Assembly: GCA_947452665.1 (NCBI GenBank)
Contig: CANGEH010000001.1
Coordinates: 1-32,317 of the forward strand
DNA length: 32,317 nucleotides
Source of the DNA: Caulobacteraceae bacterium
Lineage (GTDB): Bacteria; Pseudomonadota; Alphaproteobacteria; Caulobacterales; Caulobacteraceae
Direction: 5' to 3'
In this document: piece by piece, positions 17,951-24,144 of the stretch
Layout of the letters: each line of letters starts with the position of its first letter
Numbering within the stretch: position 1 is the first letter of the stretch
The notes under the pieces: generated by a model
Database searches by the model: none
What the model saw: only the letters and a program-made list of their open reading frames with translations
What the model was told of the DNA's origin: nothing
Position numbers and translations under genes: made by a program

Positions 17951-20017
17951 CTATTTGGTTTTGGCGACATAGACGCCGTCCCAAGTTTGGGGGGGATTGG
18001 CCTTCAGATCATTGATCCGTTCCACCATGATCTCGTAATAGGCTTTCAGGGCGCCGGCGAAAGCGGGCGCGTCTGGGTCTGCCAGCAATTGGGTTGCGGC
18101 TTCCAAGGCAAGCTCCCAGTTGCCAAGCCTGTACTGGGTGAGCAGGTTGTTGTGTCGGTCGCGCGAGGCCTCGTCGGTCTGGGCGACATGGGTATAGATT
18201 TTACACGGCTCGGACTTGCCCTTGACGGCGATGATATCGAGCTCGATCAGATTGTCCTGCAGGGTGGTGCAGGCCCTTGCCGTTTCCTCACCCATAATCA
18301 GGGTGACACCATAGCTTTTGGATTGGCCCTCAAGCCGCGAGGCGAGATTTACCGCATCGCCGAGCACCGTATAGTCAAACCTTTGATTGCTGCCCATATT
18401 GCCGACAACGCAATCGCCCGAATTAATGCCAATGCCGATATTGATCGAGGCTAGGCCCCTTGCATTCAGCGTCTCGTTCAACACCACAAGCCGTTCGGAC
18501 ATGGTAATGGCCGTTAGAACCGCTTTTTCTTCGTGATTTTCAACGTCGAGCGGGGCATTCCAAAACGCCATAATACAGTCGCCCATATATTTATCGACCG
18601 CGCCTTCCCGGGTCATGATGGTATTGGTCATTGGCGTCAGAAAGTCATTAATAAGGGCAGACAAGCCCTGAGGATCAGACTTGAACTGTTCCGAAATGGG
18701 CGTGAATCCCCGAATATCCGAGAACATAAAGGTCATGCGCCGGGTTTCACCGCCAAGCACCAGCAGGTTCGGGTTTCTTTGCAGCCTTTTGACCATCTCG
18801 GGCGCGAGATAGGTTTCGAACTGCTTTTTGATCATCTCTTTTTCGAGATATTCACTGATAAATTTCGCGGTATAGAGGTGAATATAAATCACCATTGCGG
18901 CCAAGAAATTGAACGTAATATCAACCAGCACATGATTATTCTGGAACATATAGACGGGAAGATAGGCATAGGCCGCCAATAAACCGGCAATATAAACAAT
19001 CGAGAACCTCAGCCGCGACGCTAGGATTATCAATCCAACCAGAACGATTAGGGACGCATAGTCAAAAATCGGCATCCAGTTTGGAATGGCAATGGAGTCG
19101 CCATTCATCAAGGTCTGAAGAATGTTTGCCTGAACCTCTTGGGCAAACCGTGCGCCCTGGGGGGTTGGAACGGGATTGGCTATGCCGGCGGCCGTAACGC
19201 CAAATATGACGATCTTGCCCGCTAGGTTTGGGGTCGGCGCGCCGACGTCAAATTGTTGAAACCGGTAGTTCCAATTGATGAAGATCCGCGAAAACGGGTC
19301 CGTCTTGATGGTCGGAAACTGAGGGATGCGCACGGCCTCAACGCCAGATGCGTTAATCTTGACCTGATAAGACGGGTCGCCCGCCGCAACGCGCAAAATC
19401 TCTAGCGCAAAGGCGGGATAGAATTCGCCTTTTGACATGGCCAACAGCGGCGCGCGCCGGACCACGCCATCGGGCTCTGGCAGGGTCGAGGCAATCCCAA
19501 TACCGGCCGCATTGGCCTGCAGGTCAGCCACATTATCCAGCACGCAAGCATAGCCTGGCAGGAAGAGTGATGGATCGCCGTCCCCGACCACGGCCACCCC
19601 GGTGCGTTTCAGCGCCTGATTGGACCGGCGGCACCCGCCAACAGTCTGCGACAAGACGGTTGGATAGACGGCCAAGGCCTGGGCAAGGGCGGGGTCGCCG
19701 CCGAACCGGTCAGGCTCTGGGAACATGATACTGCTCGCAACAATGCCCGCGCCGTGGTCATAATAGTCCTTAATCAGGGCGGCATAGGTGTCGCGCGAAA
19801 AAGGATATTGGCCAAATTTTTCAAGGGTTTGCTCAGAAATATTGGCAATGACGATCTCATCGGACGGCACCGGCTTGCCGATCATCAGATAGTCGTAAAA
19901 CTTCAGGCGCACAGCCTCGACCATAAACGGGTCGGCCAGCTTGACCCCGCCTAGCAGGACAAGCGTGATGATTGCCAGCCAGGGCGATAGCAGGGCTTTT
20001 TTAATCTTGGGTGACAT
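17951..20017 (-). CDS. CHASE2 sensor-domain class III adenylate/guanylate cyclase (predicted adenylate cyclase)
   Basis: 688 aa. Order: N-terminal TM, a periplasmic CHASE2-like region, a TM cluster (aa ~320-385), then the cyclase domain (MTFMFSDIRGFTPISE, VDKYMGDCIMAFWNAP, RFDYTVLGDAVNLASRLEG) and a helical C-terminal tail of about 75 aa. Confidence 0.9.
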   Translation of the reverse strand: MSPKIKKALLSPWLAIITLVLLGGVKLADPFMVEAVRLKFYDYLMIGKPVPSDEIVIANISEQTLEKFGQYPFSRDTYAALIKDYYDHGAGIVASSIMFPEPDRFGGDPALAQALAVYPTVLSQTVGGCRRSNQALKRTGVAVVGDGDPSLFLPGYACVLDNVADLQANAAGIGIASTLPEPDGVVRRAPLLAMSKGEFYPAFALEILRVAAGDPSYQVKINASGVEAVRIPQFPTIKTDPFSRIFINWNYRFQQFDVGAPTPNLAGKIVIFGVTAAGIANPVPTPQGARFAQEVQANILQTLMNGDSIAIPNWMPIFDYASLIVLVGLIILASRLRFSIVYIAGLLAAYAYLPVYMFQNNHVLVDITFNFLAAMVIYIHLYTAKFISEYLEKEMIKKQFETYLAPEMVKRLQRNPNLLVLGGETRRMTFMFSDIRGFTPISEQFKSDPQGLSALINDFLTPMTNTIMTREGAVDKYMGDCIMAFWNAPLDVENHEEKAVLTAITMSERLVVLNETLNARGLASINIGIGINSGDCVVGNMGSNQRFDYTVLGDAVNLASRLEGQSKSYGVTLIMGEETARACTTLQDNLIELDIIAVKGKSEPCKIYTHVAQTDEASRDRHNNLLTQYRLGNWELALEAATQLLADPDAPAFAGALKAYYEIMVERINDLKANPPQTWDGVYVAKTK

Positions 20018-21077
20018 TGATTACGGTTCCCCCGCCATTGACGGACACGTCTTGTGGATCGTTTTTTGTGTTGAATATGATGGTGGTCGGTTGGTTGCTT
20101 TTGAGCTTGATCGCAATCTCAGCATCCTTGGTCTGGCCAAGGCTTAGCTTCTCGCCCTCAAGGGCGACCTTCAATCCGGACGCGGCATTATCGCCAAACC
20201 GCGCACCCTCAATCTTTACACCGTCCTTGGTGTCCTTGACCTGGGTTGGGTCGGCGAGTTCGTCGGCCAAAAATTCTTCGTCGAGTGGGTTTGTATCGAG
20301 CACAACAAGATCGATGGCATTATTGTCTAGGCTGGTATTTTTCAGATAGTCCATATCAAGCGCATCGAGATCGAGAATATTGGCGCGGCTATCGGCCCCC
20401 TCTTGCTCAGTCCCGTCATCGTTTTCCGGCGGGGAAACAATCATCATATTATTGATGGCCGTTAGGTCGAGCCGCAGAATGGTTGGATCGCTGGGGGCGG
20501 TGTCTGCTGTTGATACAAATGTGGCCTGAAAGGCCTGATTAATCACGACGAAACCGGCGGCATTACTGACCGTGATCTCGCCGACCCGGCCGTCTTCTTC
20601 CGGTAAAAGCACGATGAGACTTTTGCCAAAATCGTCCACGGTCGCAGCAAAGTCTGTGCCGCGCACAGCAATGGTTGCGGTTGGCGTTCTTAGGTCAATA
20701 TTCTTCTTGTTGATCTTGCCCAGCTGCCCGGTCGCAAACCGCACTGTGCCCGAGGCAAATTGCAACTTAAACTTCGAATTGGTCGGGTTGCCGTCATAAA
20801 CAAAGCTGTCGATAACCAGTTTGGAATGCTCGGTAACCTTGACCTTGGAATTGTCGACAAAGGTTATCTCAACCCGGCCATTTCCGGTTTGGACGCGGTC
20901 AAGCGCCTCGATGGGCAACTGCACATTGCCTGGAAGCTTGGCTGTATTGCGTACGACCTCGCTAGACCCTTTAAGGTCCGTGATTTTTCCAATGCTGGAC
21001 GCATGCGCCGGGTATGCCGACAATAGGGCGACCAGGCTGACCACAGATGGCACGAGAAATTTTACTGTGGTGGCCAT
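20001..21077 (-). CDS. FecR-domain periplasmic protein with an acidic C-terminal extension
   Basis: Signal peptide ...LSAYPAHASS. The FecR-like core is GKITDLKGSSEVVR...LDRVQTGNGRVEITFVDNSKVKVTEHSKLVID...GTVRFATG...TPTATIAVRGTDFAATVD. Its 3' end overlaps the cyclase start by 17 nt. Confidence 0.85.
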   Translation of the reverse strand: MATTVKFLVPSVVSLVALLSAYPAHASSIGKITDLKGSSEVVRNTAKLPGNVQLPIEALDRVQTGNGRVEITFVDNSKVKVTEHSKLVIDSFVYDGNPTNSKFKLQFASGTVRFATGQLGKINKKNIDLRTPTATIAVRGTDFAATVDDFGKSLIVLLPEEDGRVGEITVSNAAGFVVINQAFQATFVSTADTAPSDPTILRLDLTAINNMMIVSPPENDDGTEQEGADSRANILDLDALDMDYLKNTSLDNNAIDLVVLDTNPLDEEFLADELADPTQVKDTKDGVKIEGARFGDNAASGLKVALEGEKLSLGQTKDAEIAIKLKSNQPTTIIFNTKNDPQDVSVNGGGTVINVTQD

Positions 21078-21129
21078 TTGCTGAGTTAATTATCTCGTTC
21101 TGAGTTTTCACTATAGCTATTCGATAGCG

Positions 21130-21855
21130 TCACTGCGTGATCGTAATATTATGGTCTGAGCCGGTTATATTGACATCGATCTTGTTATAAGAAGACGCGC
21201 TGGACAGGGTCTCTGTGCCCTGTTGATTAATTTCAATCACATTTCGATATGAATTGGTCATGTCTAATTTCAGATAGCGGTAATCTGAGCCTTCTTGATT
21301 GAGGCTCACCGCGTTTAAATCTCCACCAATCGATATTCTATTGGTTACATTGTTTGCATTTAATTTCGCCGTAAAGATATTGGAATCCCCATCAATCACG
21401 ATCACCTGGTCGGCATAGGTCGAGGCCGTTACCTTGCCTTGCACCATATCCACCTGATTGCTGGATCCGGCTATGGATAGGCTGAGCTCGGAATTTGAAA
21501 TTGCGCCAATCGTGCCATGATCGAGGCTGACCGTGTTATCCGCGCCAACCATGGAGACGCTATAGGCCGTAGAGTCTGCCCCGAGGGTCGATCCGGTCAG
21601 GCTATTGGTTGTGCCTTCTTGCGTGATCGACAAGACCTGATTGGAGCCCTCGGCGATGAAGTCGGTGTCCGAACTGCCGATCGCATTGGCCGTGCCGGTC
21701 TGGACGATGGTCACGGTTGAGGATGCGCCAGACTGGTCCAGATAGGTCGAATTGTCCCCAGCCTCGGCCCAGCCCGCTAGGCCAAGGGCAAGCAAAAGCG
21801 TAAGGCCCAGCCCCGCCGGATTTAGGATTGATCGGCCTTTAAACACCAATTTCAT
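21130..21855 (-). CDS. curlin-repeat secreted protein (CsgA/CsgB-like)
   Basis: Signal peptide MKLVFKGRSILNPAGLGLTLLLALGLAGWAEA, then imperfect units such as NSTYLDQSGASSTVTIVQTGTANAIG, VLSITQEGTTNSLTG, AVSLNQEGSD and VIEINQQGTETL, ending NITITQ. The ATG at 21855 is preferred. The ORF track starts at 21891. Confidence 0.75.
   Translation of the reverse strand: MKLVFKGRSILNPAGLGLTLLLALGLAGWAEAGDNSTYLDQSGASSTVTIVQTGTANAIGSSDTDFIAEGSNQVLSITQEGTTNSLTGSTLGADSTAYSVSMVGADNTVSLDHGTIGAISNSELSLSIAGSSNQVDMVQGKVTASTYADQVIVIDGDSNIFTAKLNANNVTNRISIGGDLNAVSLNQEGSDYRYLKLDMTNSYRNVIEINQQGTETLSSASSYNKIDVNITGSDHNITITQ
21133..21756 (-). repeat. degenerate curlin-type repeat region (coding)
   Basis: Recurring x-(I/L)-x-Q-x-G-x-x-N-x units, read directly from the translated ORF. 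Confidence 0.55.
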
Positions 21856-21954
21856 TCCCAAGATATGGCCAAGCGAATAGGGCCTGGCCATAACAAGATG
21901 GCCAAGGCCCCTGACGCGCGCACTAGGTTACGCGCGCCGGGGTCCGGAGGCGAT

Positions 21955-22635
21955 TTAGCAAGCGCCGCTTGTAAATGTTGAACACTGGTTGATGATGAGG
22001 GTCTGGCCGGTTCCGGACTGGGTTATGTCCAGGGTCGCGTTCGCCGAGGTTTGATCCATCGTTATGGTGTTTGAGGTGCCGCTCATATTGATGGTGTTGG
22101 TGACCCCAATTGCGTCCAGATTGCTGGTGTAGGTGTTGCTTGTCCCGGCAACGGTGATGTCCTGGATTGAGTCGGTCGCGATGGCATACTTGCCTTGAAT
22201 AATCTCTACTGTATTGAGCGTGCCCGAAACGTCCAAGGTGAGGCTTGAATCCGACACCACATAACCGCTACCAAGCGTCAGAACAATTGCGTTGTATGTA
22301 CCATATTGCGTGATGTCGGTGGTGGTGCCGTCCGCTAGGGCTATGTCAAAATTCAATGAATTGCCTGAGCCGGATTGATCAATTGTAAGGGTTTCGTCAT
22401 CACTTGATGCGACCACATCACCGTACACCAGTATAGCTGAAGCTGCACCAATCGAATTGTTATCGCCGGCCTGATTGATCGTAATCGTGCCGCCGGTACC
22501 CGACTGATCAAGATAGATCGAGTTATCCCCATAGTCGGCTGCAGCGACGACCGATATGCCAAGTCCAAAGGCCATGGTACCGGCCAAGAGGGTCTTGATC
22601 AGGAAGTGGCTGGTTTTTGTGTTCAGATTTTTCAT
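21955..22635 (-). CDS. curlin-repeat secreted protein (CsgA/CsgB-like)
   Basis: Signal peptide ...GISVVAAA. Units include NSIYLDQSGTGGTITINQAGDNNSIG, TLTIDQSGSGNSLNF (compare E. coli CsgA IDLTQRGFGNSATL), DITQYGTYNAI, ITMDQTSANATLDITQSGTGQTLIINQ. AGGGGA lies upstream of the ATG, and the start is 12 nt after the csgG stop. Confidence 0.75.
   Translation of the reverse strand: MKNLNTKTSHFLIKTLLAGTMAFGLGISVVAAADYGDNSIYLDQSGTGGTITINQAGDNNSIGAASAILVYGDVVASSDDETLTIDQSGSGNSLNFDIALADGTTTDITQYGTYNAIVLTLGSGYVVSDSSLTLDVSGTLNTVEIIQGKYAIATDSIQDITVAGTSNTYTSNLDAIGVTNTINMSGTSNTITMDQTSANATLDITQSGTGQTLIINQCSTFTSGAC
21958..22527 (-). repeat. degenerate curlin-type repeat region (coding)
   Basis: Eight to ten imperfect Q-x-G-containing units, read from the translation. 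Confidence 0.55.
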
Positions 22636-22647
22636 TACAGTTTTCCC

Positions 22648-23520
22648 CTAGTAAAGTTGAATCGGTTTGGTTGTAGATTTGGTCGATTTCTGTTTTCCGG
22701 AATTTGCAATCTGTGGCGGGGGTGTTTTAAGCACCCACAAGCCCCGCTCCGCGCCGCGCATGACGAGCTCAACAACAGCCCCCTCAATTGCGGTCTTGAC
22801 GGCACGCGTATTGGCCTCATTTTGAGACGTGCCAGCTTCTGTCTCCAGCGTCCTTGTCGCACTGTCGAAGAATTTGAACATGGTCAGGTCAGACCCGGTC
22901 GAGAGCACGGTTTTTGTGACCTGAACATTGAGGAGGACCTCGCCGGTCGCGGTCGATACGGCCCGCAATGATACGGTCACCTGATCCTTGCGATACTCGG
23001 TCGAGGCGCCGATCCCCAGATAGCGTGCGCCAGCGCCGCCGGTCGAAACATTGCTGTCATAGCCAATAATGCCGCCCTGCAAGATCAGGCCGGCAAACAG
23101 CATGGGGTCGAGTTTGTTCGACTTTTCACCATCATATTCATCGCGCGTCTGGCGAACGATTTGACGTTCCTTGGCTAGGTCGTCGATACGGTTACGTTCA
23201 ACCACGCGAAAATTGCGGCCATGCCCGGCGTTTTTCAGCGCATCGATCAAGAGGGCCGTGCCGCCCTGGGTCACTGCGTTTGAAAAGCTCGCTGCCCCGT
23301 CCCGGTCCTTGCGCTGCCCGGTAAGGTCTGGAAAGTCATAGACAGCCACAATCGGCTGGCGCTCCATTTCCGGCAGATTGACCAGACTATCGAGCACGGG
23401 TCGGTCAACCACGGGCCGGTTCTTGGCGGTTAATTCCAGGGGCGGCGGCGGCGCAGAACTGCATCCCGCCACAAGCACCAGGCCCAAAATTGCGATTAAT
23501 GTCTTGGGGCCGGACGACAT
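22648..23520 (-). CDS. csgG: curli production assembly/transport outer-membrane lipoprotein CsgG
   Basis: Lipobox LVLVAGC. IVAVYDFPDLTGQ, QGGIIGYDSNVSTGGAGARYLGIGASTEYRKDQVTVSLRAVSTATGEVL and AERGLW align closely with E. coli CsgG (VEGSIIGYESNVKSGGVGARYFGIGADTQYQLDQIAVNLRVVNVSTGEIL). The ATG at 23520 shares one base with the csgF stop (TGATG). Confidence 0.92.
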   Translation of the reverse strand: MSSGPKTLIAILGLVLVAGCSSAPPPPLELTAKNRPVVDRPVLDSLVNLPEMERQPIVAVYDFPDLTGQRKDRDGAASFSNAVTQGGTALLIDALKNAGHGRNFRVVERNRIDDLAKERQIVRQTRDEYDGEKSNKLDPMLFAGLILQGGIIGYDSNVSTGGAGARYLGIGASTEYRKDQVTVSLRAVSTATGEVLLNVQVTKTVLSTGSDLTMFKFFDSATRTLETEAGTSQNEANTRAVKTAIEGAVVELVMRGAERGLWVLKTPPPQIANSGKQKSTKSTTKPIQLY

Positions 23521-23969
23521 CAAAACTTAAACGCCGCTACGGGTATAATGATTTCGGTTAGTCCGCCGGCGCCATCATCAATCGACAGCTTAATTTGATC
23601 GATGTTTTTCTCATAAGAAATCGTATTTCCGTCTAACTCAAAGGTTCCGCTATCTGAATCGCCCGAAAACAGGTTTTCGGTTAACTGCTGAGCCAGTTGG
23701 GAATATATTCTTGACTGCAAATTTGTCGTAAATTTATTAAGTATCGAGTTTTTTTCTTCTAGCGCCTTAGCCTTGAGATCCGATTCCAGCTTTGTTTGAA
23801 TTTCTTTTTTTCTGGTCATTTGGGCCGAGTGGAGCGCTAACCAATAACCGCCAGCGCCTTCTTTGCTGAAGGACGGGCTAGCAAATCTGTGCACAATGTC
23901 CGATGCAGACGCTAGGGGGGCGTATGCAATAAAACCGGACACCAGAAAAAATTTAAATATAGATTTCAT
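23520..23969 (-). CDS. csgF: curli assembly protein CsgF
   Basis: Signal peptide [22 protein letters not shown]. The mature [24 protein letters not shown] parallels E. coli CsgF [39 protein letters not shown] and the C-terminal beta segment also align. The ORF track's start at 24008 is a TTG, so the ATG at 23969 is preferred. Confidence 0.85.
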   Translation of the reverse strand: [149 protein letters not shown]

Positions 23970-24144
23970 GATCAATCTGGTTCCAGAACCTGCATTGTTG
24001 TTAACCAAATTTCAGTATTTGAAACAAGTGTCTATTCTGGGAAAAATTTGATCTTGGGGCATTTAAGTTTAGTCGCCTGCGCCTAGCCATAAGCTTGGGC
24101 GCGCCCTGTCGGTCCCAATCTGCCAGGCTTTCAACCCTTTGGGT

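Noticed and set aside
17787-17972. 61-aa plus-strand ORF in the cyclase/DUF5706 spacer.
   Set aside because: The peptide is Arg/Pro/Gly-rich and is produced by reading through GC hairpins. The region is better explained as structured RNA or DNA.
16916-20017. Calling this pair a bona fide Pycsar antiphage system.
   Set aside because: The cyclase is a large CHASE2 receptor with Lys/Asp purine-type residues. It is translationally coupled to the FecR-like gene. A 441-bp spacer with a hairpin separates it from the effector-family gene. I kept it only as a hypothesis in the findings.
11415-24144. Calling the AT-richer block a genomic island or mobile element.
   Set aside because: I could find no integrase, transposase, tRNA attachment site, or terminal direct or inverted repeats. 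Composition alone is insufficient.
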